A stretch of 64,000 nucleotides of DNA from Actinomycetes bacterium. Lineage in GTDB: Bacteria > Actinomycetota > Actinomycetes > Actinomycetales > Actinomycetaceae. The stretch lies in NCBI GenBank assembly GCA_023387755.1, contig JAEWHO010000030.1:3802-67801 (forward strand), written 5' to 3'. The notes beneath the pieces are model-generated. The model was not told the origin of the DNA and did no database searches. It saw nothing but the letters and a program-made list of their open reading frames with translations. The position numbers and the translations under genes were made by a program. Within the stretch, counting starts at the first letter, position 1; each line of letters opens with the position of its first letter. Of the stretch, positions 49,338 to 58,171 are shown one piece after another.

Positions 49338-50075
49338 TCAGCGGTGATCCACTAACCGGCTGAGCATGTCACCCATCATCTGAACGGCCTGCACGATAAC
49401 GAGCATGATAACGACCGTGGCGATCATAGTGTCGGTCTGGTAGCGCTGGTAACCGAAGTTATAGGCGAGCGTTCCCAGACCCCCGCCCCCAAGCGCACCG
49501 GCGACGGCGGAGTATCCGACCACCGTAATCACCAGCACGGTGATCGCCTGAACGATGCCGGGGAGAGCTTCTCGCACCTGGACGGTCATGATTTGCCGTC
49601 CTGTTGCCCCCATCATGGTGGCGGCTTCCGCTTTCCCAGGGTCGACGCCGAGGATGGCGGTTTCCACCAGGCGGGCAAAGAACGGGATCGCGGCTACCGC
49701 AAGGGGCACCACCGCGGCAGTCCACCCAATCGAGGTACCCATGATTGTTCGGGTCACCGGGATCAGCGCGATCATCAAGATAATGAACGGGATCGACCGC
49801 CCCACATTCACCACGGCAGCCAACACGGCGTGGATGGTTCGCTGCGGGGTAATCCCGCGTTTGGCGGTTGCCACCAGGGCCAGGCCGAGCGGCAATCCGA
49901 TGGCCACGGTGATAAGGGAGGCGACAACGGTCATGCCGAGGGTTTCCAACGTGGCCGGTAGCAGCCGCTCGGTAATGGCTGGGTTGTCGAACCAGGTGGG
50001 TTTATCCACCCGGCCGGGGGTGAGTGGGAGGGCGGCGGGCAGTGCGCTGGGGAGCGCGAATAGCGAGTTAAGCAC
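49338..50075 (-). CDS. metI: Methionine ABC transporter permease
   Basis: It is a 5-TM MetI-type permease. GTG 50075 overlaps the metN stop (GTGCTTAA). The ORF track's longer start at 50225 lies inside metN. Confidence 0.85.
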   Translation of the reverse strand: MLNSLFALPSALPAALPLTPGRVDKPTWFDNPAITERLLPATLETLGMTVVASLITVAIGLPLGLALVATAKRGITPQRTIHAVLAAVVNVGRSIPFIILMIALIPVTRTIMGTSIGWTAAVVPLAVAAIPFFARLVETAILGVDPGKAEAATMMGATGRQIMTVQVREALPGIVQAITVLVITVVGYSAVAGALGGGGLGTLAYNFGYQRYQTDTMIATVVIMLVIVQAVQMMGDMLSRLVDHR

Positions 50076-51051
50076 TGGCAGCCACCTCCAAGACGCTGGC
50101 CGCCACACCCTGGTCAGCAAGCGCCGCGCAGGCGGCCTGCGCCGTCGGGCGGGCCACGGTAGCGATGAGCCGGCCCACCTGTGCGGTTCCGATTGTTTCG
50201 AAGGTGCCAGCGGCAATATCACCACCCAGATCCGCCACGGCGCGCAACACGCGTGCGCCGGTGGGATCTCCCGGTTCGGAGGTAAACATTAGATCTAAGG
50301 CACTCTGGTCTGCCGGGATCGGCGGTAGCGATGGCGCGGGTACGAGGGCACGCGCCAAACGCGAGGCGGGGTCAGCCACAATATCGGCTAGTGCTCCGGT
50401 TTCTGCGACGGTTCCGGCCTCCAACAGAGTGGCGGAATCACAGATTTCCCGCACCACGCCCATCTCGTGGGTCACGATGACGACGGTGACGCCGAGCCGG
50501 TCACACACATCGCGTAGCAGGTGCAAGATCGCGGCAGTGGTATCGGTATCGAGCGCTGAGGTCGGCTCATCGGCCAGCAGCACGGGCGGCCGAGTGGCCA
50601 ACGCCCGCGCGATCCCCACGCGCTGTTTCTGCCCGCCGGACAACTGCGCCGGGTAGGCATCCCCACGGCCCTGCAGGCCCACGATCTCAAGCAGTTCATG
50701 TACACGCTCGCGGATCTGCTTACTGGGCGTGCCAGTGATGGCGAGCGGGTAGGCGATATTGGCAGCGGCAGTGCGTTGGTCGAAAAGGTTGACGTGTTGG
50801 AAGACCATACCGATCCGCCGCCGCAGGGAGCGGCGGGCGCGGGAGTTAGCCGCGGACACTTCGACGTCGTCAACGATTACCCGGCCTTCATCGGGGGTCA
50901 CTAAACCGGTCAGGCAACCAACGAGGGTGGATTTCCCCGCGCCGGACGGGCCCACAATCCCGTGGATGGTGGCGCGGTCAACGGTGAGGTTGACGCCGCT
51001 GAGAGCGGTTACGGAGCCGTAGCGTTTGCCGACTCCCGCGAGGGTAATCAT
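50068..51051 (-). CDS. metN: Methionine ABC transporter ATP-binding protein with C-terminal NIL domain
   Basis: It has Walker A GPSGAGKST, signature LSGGQKQR and Walker B LLADEPTSALD. A regulatory domain of about 90 aa lies at the C-terminus. Confidence 0.9.
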   Translation of the reverse strand: MITLAGVGKRYGSVTALSGVNLTVDRATIHGIVGPSGAGKSTLVGCLTGLVTPDEGRVIVDDVEVSAANSRARRSLRRRIGMVFQHVNLFDQRTAAANIAYPLAITGTPSKQIRERVHELLEIVGLQGRGDAYPAQLSGGQKQRVGIARALATRPPVLLADEPTSALDTDTTAAILHLLRDVCDRLGVTVVIVTHEMGVVREICDSATLLEAGTVAETGALADIVADPASRLARALVPAPSLPPIPADQSALDLMFTSEPGDPTGARVLRAVADLGGDIAAGTFETIGTAQVGRLIATVARPTAQAACAALADQGVAASVLEVAASA

Positions 51052-51172
51052 GCTTCCTCCATCGGTCCCGGCGTTAGCACCTCTCCCTATGCGGCAGGTG
51101 TCTACGCCCTGGTCCGCGGGGGTTGCTGCAGCGTCATCGAGCCGGGTCTCTCAGCTGCTCTGGATGGTTGAG
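51052..51172 (-). promoter_or_regulatory. SAM riboswitch of the SAM-I clan (topology most like SAM-IV) in the metN leader
   Basis: The minus-strand leader reads CCAUC-CAGAG-CAGCUGAGAGACCCGGCUCGAUGACGCUG-CAGCAACC-CCCGCGG...CCGCAUAGGGAGA-GGUGCUAACGCCGGGACC-GAUGG-AGGAAGC-AUG. It matches the conserved AGAG, GAGxGA..GGCxCGAUGA, GCAACC and GGUGCUAA core blocks. The P1 3' strand (GAUGG) abuts and overlaps the GGAGG Shine-Dalgarno. Confidence 0.7.
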
Positions 51173-51324
51173 TACTACCATAGGCAGTCGGTCACCGGGA
51201 GGGCATATCCGTCTCCATATGTGAACACTTGTCGGGCAGAAAGCGCTCATTTAAGGTGTTTAACTAGCATCGGACAGGGCCCCGATTAAGTGTGGGCGGG
51301 GCAGCGCAATACGTGCCCACTGGG

Positions 51325-52368
51325 CTAACCGGGCAGCAGACCGGCTTCTTTTAGCTGCGCGGCAATATCGTTGATGAAGTCAGGAATGTGCTTAGCCCCT
51401 ATGATGGGCCCGCCGGAGATGGTGCGGTCTGCGCCCAGGAGGATCGCCGAGGGGTTCCCCAAACCCAGTACCCTAAAGACATATCCGTGCGTGTCAACGA
51501 CGAGGTGCCCTTCTAAATGCGGGAAGCGTTGCAGCGCTGGCTGAGCACTTTCCCGGTGAATAGCCACCACCTCAACTGCGTCACCGAGTTGTTCCTGCCA
51601 CTGTGGAATGCTTTCCACGGCCTCCTCACAAACCCCGCAATAGGCGGAAAATCCAACGAGCACCACGGGTTTCTTTTCCACCAGCTGGGCCAGGTGGATG
51701 CGCCCGTGTTCGGGGTGGTCAACGTCCAGGTCAGGCAGCGGTTGCGGCTGGTAATCCTCCGGCTCGTCCGCAGTCGGCGCGTTGGCAAGAGCCTCGCGCA
51801 TCACCTCGATTTCATCAGCCATCTGCACCTCTATGCGGCGCATCTGGTCCACCAGGTTTCGATCTCGCTCGGTTACCACCGCCCAGACCGCCAGTGCCAG
51901 CGCCGCTACCAGGAGCACCGTGGCCGCGACCGTTGCGGCGTTCAGTGGCGGAGCCGGCGCATATAGGTGCCCCGTCAACGCGAGCGCCCCCAACACGATC
52001 AGCCCAGCATTACGCCACAGCGTAAACCGCGAGACCGGCGGGCCGGCTGCGCCAAAGCATCCACAGGAGGTGATATTGCCGGCGCGCAGCGCATATCCGA
52101 CGACGACGCAAAACACGCCCAGCAAGACCAGCGCTAACAGCGCGCCCACGACGCCTGCCCATCCGGGTAGAAGCAGCAGCACGGCAACTATCACTTCCAC
52201 GACAGGTAGCAGCCGAACCGTGAAAGGCCGGGCGATCAGGGATGGGATCCCGAGCCGACGCCAGAGGGCCACGCCGTCGTCAGGGTTGGTAACAGACGCG
52301 CGCTTGCCCCACGCGGAGGCAAGGAAAACAGCGGCCAGCAGCACGCTGGCTAGATGCAGAGGGGTCAC
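51325..52368 (-). CDS. MauE/DoxX-type membrane domain fused to a thioredoxin-like (TlpA-like) domain
   Basis: The N-terminal about 165 aa form 4-5 TM helices including a CGCFG motif. The C-terminal soluble domain has a CxxC site (FSAYCGVCEE). The GTG start overlaps the TetR gene stop. Confidence 0.7.
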   Translation of the reverse strand: MTPLHLASVLLAAVFLASAWGKRASVTNPDDGVALWRRLGIPSLIARPFTVRLLPVVEVIVAVLLLLPGWAGVVGALLALVLLGVFCVVVGYALRAGNITSCGCFGAAGPPVSRFTLWRNAGLIVLGALALTGHLYAPAPPLNAATVAATVLLVAALALAVWAVVTERDRNLVDQMRRIEVQMADEIEVMREALANAPTADEPEDYQPQPLPDLDVDHPEHGRIHLAQLVEKKPVVLVGFSAYCGVCEEAVESIPQWQEQLGDAVEVVAIHRESAQPALQRFPHLEGHLVVDTHGYVFRVLGLGNPSAILLGADRTISGGPIIGAKHIPDFINDIAAQLKEAGLLPG

Positions 52369-52937
52369 AGAATTTTCTCCAGTAGTTCACGAGCAGTCGC
52401 GCGCACGTCCCGCCCTTCTGACAGCGCGGAGACAGCGGCACCGTCCACCACGGCGACCACCAGCTGCGGAGAAACATCGATTCCGCAGCGGGTGAGGACG
52501 CGAGCAAGAGCATCGTCAAGATGCCCCCGGCCCGAGGCGTAGGCGGCTGCTACAGGAGCTGTGGTAGCGGCTTCTAGGAGTTGTAGATAGTGGTTCTCAA
52601 GGGTGTCCGTCGGCGGGAGGCAGGCGCGCAAAATAACGGTGATAATGCCGGCCCGTGTGGTGGGCGGGGGAAGGAGTTCGACGTCGTCAGCCACCCGCTC
52701 GGCCCGCTGGGCCCACATGCGGATGTTGATTTTGCCAGCCTCAGCAAGGAGCTCGTCCAGCCCGGAGAAGTAGTACGTGGTGGCAGATAGGGAGCATCCG
52801 ACGCGACGCGCTACCGCGCGATGGGTAACGGCAGCCGGTCCCTCTTCTCGAATGATGGCAGCCGCAGCCTCAACCAGGGCAGCACGGCGCAGGGCGCCGC
52901 GTGCTCGCCTGGCCACCTGGGGCCCTTCTTCAGACAT
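52365..52937 (-). CDS. TetR/AcrR family transcriptional regulator
   Basis: It has an N-terminal HTH (VTHRAVARRVGCSLSATTYYF). ATG 52937 gives a typical length of about 190 aa. The ORF track extends to 53021. Confidence 0.85.
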   Translation of the reverse strand: MSEEGPQVARRARGALRRAALVEAAAAIIREEGPAAVTHRAVARRVGCSLSATTYYFSGLDELLAEAGKINIRMWAQRAERVADDVELLPPPTTRAGIITVILRACLPPTDTLENHYLQLLEAATTAPVAAAYASGRGHLDDALARVLTRCGIDVSPQLVVAVVDGAAVSALSEGRDVRATARELLEKIL

Positions 52938-53063
52938 CGTTCGCCTCGGATCCTTCCATCCGGTGGGATTCTTCAACAAGGCTATAGCCGCGTGTCCACT
53001 GAGGTCTAACCGTTGTATCATATCGCGCCGAGTGACCGTGTTAGTTTCCTCCCATACAGAGAG

Positions 53064-53090
53064 CTGCCGGGCGGTTGAGCCGCCCGGCAG
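53064..53090 (-). terminator. Hairpin terminator downstream of the MHS transporter gene
   Basis: It has an 11-bp stem (ctgccgggcgg / ccgcccggcag) with a 5-nt loop. It lies 20 nt after the stop at 53110. Confidence 0.55.
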
Positions 53091-53109
53091 GGTAAGGAAG
53101 AGTACAGAG

Positions 53110-54471
53110 CTAATCGCGTAAGGGCGCGTGTGAGCGTTCCTTGGCCGCGATCATACCGATGAGCGCGAATACGGAGATTCCCACGAGGTACCAGGCCGGG
53201 GCCATATTGGATCCGGTTACCTTCACCAGCCAGGTAGCGATGAATGGAGCACTGCCACCGAAGATCGCATTCGCCAGGTTGAAGCTGAGCGCGAAGCCGG
53301 TGTAGCGGACCTTCGTTGGGAACGTCTCTGCCAGGAAGGTCGCCAGGGTGCCGTCATTGGCGGTGAGCATGATGCAGAAGGCCACTTCGATAGCGATGAC
53401 TGCTATGAGGGTGGCGCCGTCGAGCAGCATAAATAGCGGCACGGTGAACAGAATGAAGCCGACTGAGGCGATGATGAGCATGTGGCGGCGGCCGAACTTA
53501 TCGGATAGGTGCCCCATCCCGAAGATCAGCAAGATATAGACCGCGAGCGTCACCGATTCAGCCAGGTGGGTCTGTTCCTTATCGAAGTTGAGGAACTCTT
53601 GCAGATACGTGGGCATGTAGGTGAGCAGGAGGTAGAAGGCCACGGCATTGAGGGAGGCGACGGCGAAGGCAATCAGTAGCTCGACACCGTGGTGCTTGAA
53701 GACGTAACTGAAGGGCACCGGCTCTTTACCTTCTCCGCCCTGGGCTTTTTCAGCCATCTCCCGGTAGACCGGGGAGTCCTCCAACTGGTCCAAGATGTGG
53801 CGGCCAAGCAGACCCAACGGGCCGGCTACAAGGAAGGGGATACGCCAGCCCCAGCTGTGCATGGAGGCGTCGTTGAGGAGCGCTGTGAGCAGCGCGACCG
53901 AGAGGGACCCCACGAGCAGACCGCTCGCGGTGGAGGCTGGTACGAGGCTCGTGTACATGCCGCGCTTATTGGTGGGCGCGTATTCCGCTAGGAACGTGGC
54001 CGCTCCCGCGTACTCACCAGAGGCTGAGAAACCCTGGATTAGGCGCATCACCAGCAGCAGGATGGGGGCCCAGATACCAATCATGACGTAGGGCGGAATG
54101 AGCCCAATAAGGACGGTCGCTCCGGTCATCATTAAAATCGCGACTGACAGTACCCAACGGCGGCCATAGCGGTCACCGAGCCGACCCCAGACGGCGGCAC
54201 CAATGGGCCGCACCAAAAACGATAGGGCGAAAATACCTAAAGCACCCATAAGTTTAAGAGTACGGTCTTCTCCGGGGAAGAAAACCTCAGAAATAACCAC
54301 GCTCAAATAGGTATAGGTGGCGTAATCGAACCATTCGACGAAATTGCCTACAAAAGCAGCGAGCGCGGCCTTGCGTAATGTCTCGTGCCGGGTGGCATCA
54401 TCAATAGATATCTCGGAGCTAGACACAGCGTCCGGTCCTCTCCACGCGGTTGCCGAGAAAAACATCGGCAT
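53110..54471 (-). CDS. MFS transporter, metabolite:H+ symporter (MHS) family (ProP/KgtP-like)
   Basis: It has the MHS hallmark FVGNFVEWFDYATYTYLS, GRLGDRYGRR and 12 TM segments. ATG 54471 (or 54465) was chosen because the ORF track's start at 54843 overlaps the upstream DMT gene. Confidence 0.8.
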   Translation of the reverse strand: MPMFFSATAWRGPDAVSSSEISIDDATRHETLRKAALAAFVGNFVEWFDYATYTYLSVVISEVFFPGEDRTLKLMGALGIFALSFLVRPIGAAVWGRLGDRYGRRWVLSVAILMMTGATVLIGLIPPYVMIGIWAPILLLVMRLIQGFSASGEYAGAATFLAEYAPTNKRGMYTSLVPASTASGLLVGSLSVALLTALLNDASMHSWGWRIPFLVAGPLGLLGRHILDQLEDSPVYREMAEKAQGGEGKEPVPFSYVFKHHGVELLIAFAVASLNAVAFYLLLTYMPTYLQEFLNFDKEQTHLAESVTLAVYILLIFGMGHLSDKFGRRHMLIIASVGFILFTVPLFMLLDGATLIAVIAIEVAFCIMLTANDGTLATFLAETFPTKVRYTGFALSFNLANAIFGGSAPFIATWLVKVTGSNMAPAWYLVGISVFALIGMIAAKERSHAPLRD

Positions 54472-54641
54472 ATCCGCGTCGTTACGATAGTAGGCGGCTT
54501 CTATGCCGCCTACTATCTGCGAATTCGGCTGGCACTGCACAGTTGTCACATCTGCGGGCCATGCCCCTGGGGGTTTTATCCTCCATAGGAGGGGCCATTG
54601 GCGGTGGGCCCATCCGTTGCCCACCGCCAACGGACGATGGA

Positions 54642-55691
54642 TTAGCGGACAGGTTCCTCCGCTTCCATTGTCTCGCGTCCACGCCGCCGCTGCTGCTTTT
54701 TGACGTAAAGATCGACAAAAATCGGGCCAATTCCGCCGAGAATAATCAACAAACCACCCAAAGCGGCCACGAACGTCATCGCTTCTTGGAAGAAGAAGAA
54801 TCCAAAGAGCAGCGCAACCACACATTCCCAGTAGGAAATGCACGACATTTCCACAGCCGGCAAATTACGGCCGGCAACAACGAGGAAGCCGAGCGCAATC
54901 AAACCGCAGAAGAAGAACAGTCCGCCCGCCCAAGTCCAGTTAGTGGCGCTGAGCTCGGTGATTTGCGGCCGCATGATCAGCGACAGCAGGCCGGTAGCGA
55001 CTGCTGCCCACAGGAAGTTCCAGGTTCCACGAACATCAGAATCCATATCCTGCCGGTATCCGTAGAAGAAGAGTGCTAGACCGTAGAAGACGCCAGAGCC
55101 CAATCCGACGAGGTCACCGAGTGCCTTTTGAGGGAATTCTGGTGTGGAGGCAGAAAGATCGACACCGAAGGTCCACCCACCTTCTGGCGTGTAAGCAACG
55201 AGACCGATCGTGAAGATCATGCCGATGAATACGAGCCCCAGGAAGATGCCGTTAGCTAGCGAAATCTTCTCTTTTCGGAAAATACGAGCAAGCAATGTGC
55301 AGAAAAGCGGGCCGGTATAAATCAAGAAAACAGCGTTGGCAATGGACGTTAGTAGCGTCGAAGTAATGTAAAGGGCAAGTGATGTGCCGATACATACACC
55401 GCCGGCGATTACCGAGAAGCTTAAACGAGATTGTCTGAAGGCCGCCCAGCGCTTGGTGACGAGCAGGATGATGATAAAACCGATGAGGCCGACGGTCATA
55501 CGCCCGAAAGCTAGAAAGCTGCCTAGGTATTGTTTGACATCGGGATCGAGCCCGTCCGTGGCTCCCCGAGAGAAGAAACCGACCATACCCATGCCGGTTG
55601 CAGAGATGAGCATGGCCAGGAAGCCAAGCTTTTTATTCATGACGTACGAGCCGGGAGCAGTACTCGTATTTTCCACAGTCGTGGTGGACAT
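54642..55691 (-). CDS. DMT superfamily (EamA-like) 10-TM transporter
   Basis: The product is 349 aa. It has two 5-TM halves of similar hydropathy and a basic C-terminal tail. It has no APC/ArcD-type features. Confidence 0.65.
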   Translation of the reverse strand: MSTTTVENTSTAPGSYVMNKKLGFLAMLISATGMGMVGFFSRGATDGLDPDVKQYLGSFLAFGRMTVGLIGFIIILLVTKRWAAFRQSRLSFSVIAGGVCIGTSLALYITSTLLTSIANAVFLIYTGPLFCTLLARIFRKEKISLANGIFLGLVFIGMIFTIGLVAYTPEGGWTFGVDLSASTPEFPQKALGDLVGLGSGVFYGLALFFYGYRQDMDSDVRGTWNFLWAAVATGLLSLIMRPQITELSATNWTWAGGLFFFCGLIALGFLVVAGRNLPAVEMSCISYWECVVALLFGFFFFQEAMTFVAALGGLLIILGGIGPIFVDLYVKKQQRRRGRETMEAEEPVR

Positions 55692-55753
55692 TTTTACTCA
55701 CTCTCAAGAGGGCAAATCGGGGTACGACGGACTACGCGTTGACGCCGTCGTCA

Positions 55754-55775
55754 ATAAAAAGCGCGCCCCGCGCAG
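55754..55775 (-). terminator. Rho-independent terminator between the amidinotransferase and DMT genes
   Basis: The minus strand reads GCGCG-GGG-CGCGC-UUUUUAUU. A larger 12-bp hairpin (55818-55851), followed by GCGCUUUUCAU, lies just upstream of it. Confidence 0.55.
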
Positions 55776-55901
55776 ATGCAGGAAGAGCTCAAGGTGGATA
55801 TGAAAAGCGCCGGCTGACCCGGGTGCCGCACAAGGAGACGCGGCACCCGGGAAATGCCGGTTATGGAGTTGCTGTACTGCTAAGCAGCACGCACTTCCCA
55901 A

Positions 55902-57029
55902 TTAGACGAGGGTCGGGTCCTCAACCTGGTTCGGGAAGTAGTCCTCGCAGCCGCCTTCGCGGTAAACGTCAGCGGTGGCGCAGTGCAGGGCGCCGCCGAA
56001 GGCGTAAGCGTCGCGGAACGGAACGGGGATCGGGTTCATACCGAGCTTGTCCATCTGCTCGAGCTGGTTGTGCTCGGAAGCCTCGACGATCACGTTCTTG
56101 TGGTCGAGCACGAGGCAGTTCATGGACAGCCACACCGAGGAGTAGCACAGCGGCGGCGGGGTCTCGTGAGCCGGCATCGCAGCGTCGACGATCTCCCAGT
56201 CGTTGGCTTCGAAGATCTTCCGCTGTTCTTCGGGCAGGCGGCGATGCGGGTTGTTGATGATCAGACCCGGACGCAGCGGCACGAAGGTGGCGTCGATGTG
56301 GATCGGGTAGGGGTCACCCGGGAAGTTCACAGCGTGCACCCGCAGATCCGGGTACTTGCGCTTGAACCATTCCATGGCCCGGCGGTTCGTGGTCAGGCCG
56401 TGCTGGATGAACAGGTCCTTGCCCAGACGCAGCACGTCAGCAGCGTCGAACAGGATTTCCTCTTCGGTGGTCACGAAGTCCTTGTTGGCGGTGCGCTCCA
56501 GGCGCTCCTCCAGCGAGATCTTCTCATCGTAGTAGTTGTGCTTGTAGGACTTGTCCGTCAGGCGCGGGCGCGGAGCCTGCGACCAGATGAACTCCGGGTC
56601 CTCATCGAAGTACTTGCTCAGCAGCGGCCAGTAGGCCAGGTACTCCCAGTAGCGGCAGCGGAAGGACATTGCCGCAGCAATGATCTCCGGGCCGATGGTC
56701 AGCAGCACGTCACGAGGAGGCATACAGGTCATCATCGAATCGGTACGGAAGTCCGGGGTGATGACGGGAGCGTTCCACTGCAGCGGGGTCGGACGGTCCA
56801 CCTTGACGCCGTGATCTTCGAGCACCTTGGCGAGGTTGTCGAGCTGGGCGTTAGCCTTCTCCACGGTCTCCTGCGGGCGGGGTCCCCACATGCCGCGCAT
56901 CTCGGAGTCGACCGGCACCTTTTCGGAGGTGGCAGGCTCTTCCGGTGGAATAACCGAGTTGTCGGCGCGACCCACGATCACGTGCTTCAGCGGGTCAAAG
57001 TCGTTCCATGAATTGACGATCTTCGCCAT
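55902..57029 (-). CDS. Amidinotransferase of the glycine amidinotransferase (AGAT/GATM)-StrB1 family
   Basis: ATG 57029 is preceded by AAGGAG. The sequence is collinear with my recollection of human AGAT: SWNDFDPLKHVIVGRADNSVIPP, MPPRDVLLTIGPEIIAAAMSFRCRYWEY, FVTTEEEILFDAADV (Asp), IHIDATF (His), SVWLSMNCLVLD and GGALHCATADV (Cys). All three catalytic-triad residues are present. Confidence 0.85.
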   Translation of the reverse strand: MAKIVNSWNDFDPLKHVIVGRADNSVIPPEEPATSEKVPVDSEMRGMWGPRPQETVEKANAQLDNLAKVLEDHGVKVDRPTPLQWNAPVITPDFRTDSMMTCMPPRDVLLTIGPEIIAAAMSFRCRYWEYLAYWPLLSKYFDEDPEFIWSQAPRPRLTDKSYKHNYYDEKISLEERLERTANKDFVTTEEEILFDAADVLRLGKDLFIQHGLTTNRRAMEWFKRKYPDLRVHAVNFPGDPYPIHIDATFVPLRPGLIINNPHRRLPEEQRKIFEANDWEIVDAAMPAHETPPPLCYSSVWLSMNCLVLDHKNVIVEASEHNQLEQMDKLGMNPIPVPFRDAYAFGGALHCATADVYREGGCEDYFPNQVEDPTLV

Positions 57030-57201
57030 GTTGTAACTCCTTCTTTCTCCAGGGAGCGTCTTCAGTCCCTGGTTGAGTACCGCGTCCTCGTATGCGGAGG
57101 CCACGGTGGTTCCCGCCTGTCGGAGGCGGAAGTCTTGTGGTTGGTTGCTAACCAAGCTAGCTGGGCCACGCGAGTGCGGCCCGGGCTCGGGGAGCCAGAT
57201 G

Positions 57202-57237
57202 CGGGTGGGGCACCGCGGGCACGCCGTGCCCCACCCG
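57202..57237 (-). terminator. GC hairpin immediately downstream of arcC (possible terminator or attenuator)
   Basis: It has a 12-bp stem (cgggtggggcac / gtgccccacccg) with a 12-nt loop. It lies 7 nt after the arcC stop. There is no U-tract. Confidence 0.4.
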
Positions 57238-57243
57238 GATGCT

Positions 57244-58167
57244 TTACAGCGGGTACTCGCCCGTGCGAGTGATGATGGTGCCGGCCTCTCCCGCGATGAT
57301 GGCGGGGGCATCGGCCAGGCGACCGATCGCGGCCACTTTGCCGGTCTTCTCGACGAAGCGGCACGCTGCCTCTACCTTCGGACCCATCGAGCCAGCGGCG
57401 AAGCCTTTCTCGCGCAGTTGCTGCGGCGTCGCCCGGTTGATCTCACACTGATCCGGAGTGCCCCAGTTATCCATCACGGCCGGGACGTCGGTGAGGATGA
57501 CGAACATATCTGCTTCGACTTCCTCGGACAGAATCGCACCGGAAAGATCCTTGTCGATAACCGCTTCGGTGCCGTGCAGTTTGCCCTGCTCATCGCGGTA
57601 AACGGGGATACCGCCACCACCGGAGCAGATCACCGTGACGCCGGAGTTAACCAGCTGCTTCACAACATCCGATTCGATAATCGACTTCGGATCGGGGCTG
57701 CCCACGACGCGGCGGAAGTGGGGGCCGTCAGCCTTCATCACCCATCCGCGTTCGGCTTCGAACTCCTTGGCCTGCTCTTCGGTGTAGACCTCGCCCACGA
57801 ACTTCGTCGGGTTGGCGAAGGCCGGGTCGTCCTTGTCAACCAGCGTCTGGTTGACGGTGCACACGACCTTGGCATCAGGCAGTGCGTTCCCGAACGCGTG
57901 CTGGAGCCAGTATCCAATGAGACCTTGGGTCATAGCCCCCAACGAGTCGAAGGGGTAGGGCTGGCTGAGCTTCGGATCGTTCGCGCTCTGCAGGGCGAGC
58001 ACGCCCACCTGGGGGCCGTTGCCGTGGGTAACGACGAACTCGTGCTCAGCCGCCAGCGGGGCCAATGCGTCCACCGCGATGTTCACATTCCCAATCTGAA
58101 TGTCAGCATCCGGTTTCTGCCCCCGCTCGAGCATGGCGTTTCCGCCCAGTGCTACGACGATACGCAT
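57244..58167 (-). CDS. arcC: Carbamate kinase
   Basis: It starts MRIVVALGGNAML, has GHGNGPQVG-type and GGGGIPV blocks, and is 307 aa. Its start lies 4 nt after the arcB stop. Confidence 0.92.
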   Translation of the reverse strand: MRIVVALGGNAMLERGQKPDADIQIGNVNIAVDALAPLAAEHEFVVTHGNGPQVGVLALQSANDPKLSQPYPFDSLGAMTQGLIGYWLQHAFGNALPDAKVVCTVNQTLVDKDDPAFANPTKFVGEVYTEEQAKEFEAERGWVMKADGPHFRRVVGSPDPKSIIESDVVKQLVNSGVTVICSGGGGIPVYRDEQGKLHGTEAVIDKDLSGAILSEEVEADMFVILTDVPAVMDNWGTPDQCEINRATPQQLREKGFAAGSMGPKVEAACRFVEKTGKVAAIGRLADAPAIIAGEAGTIITRTGEYPL

Positions 58168-58171
58168 CTAA

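Noticed and set aside
54472-54843. Long N-terminal extensions in the ORF track (53110-54843, 55902-57311, 58172-59419, 14491-16704, 34208-36520, 49338-50225).
   Set aside because: The extensions overlap upstream genes or terminator hairpins and are Arg/Pro/Trp-rich. Internal starts with good SD sequences give canonical protein N-termini.
57030-57243. A guanidine riboswitch (ykkC, mini-ykkC or ykkC-III) in front of the amidinotransferase gene.
   Set aside because: I looked for the ACGR tetraloop hairpins and the GGGA/ACCCGG-type conserved cores and could not find convincing matches. It is kept only as a generic structured leader.
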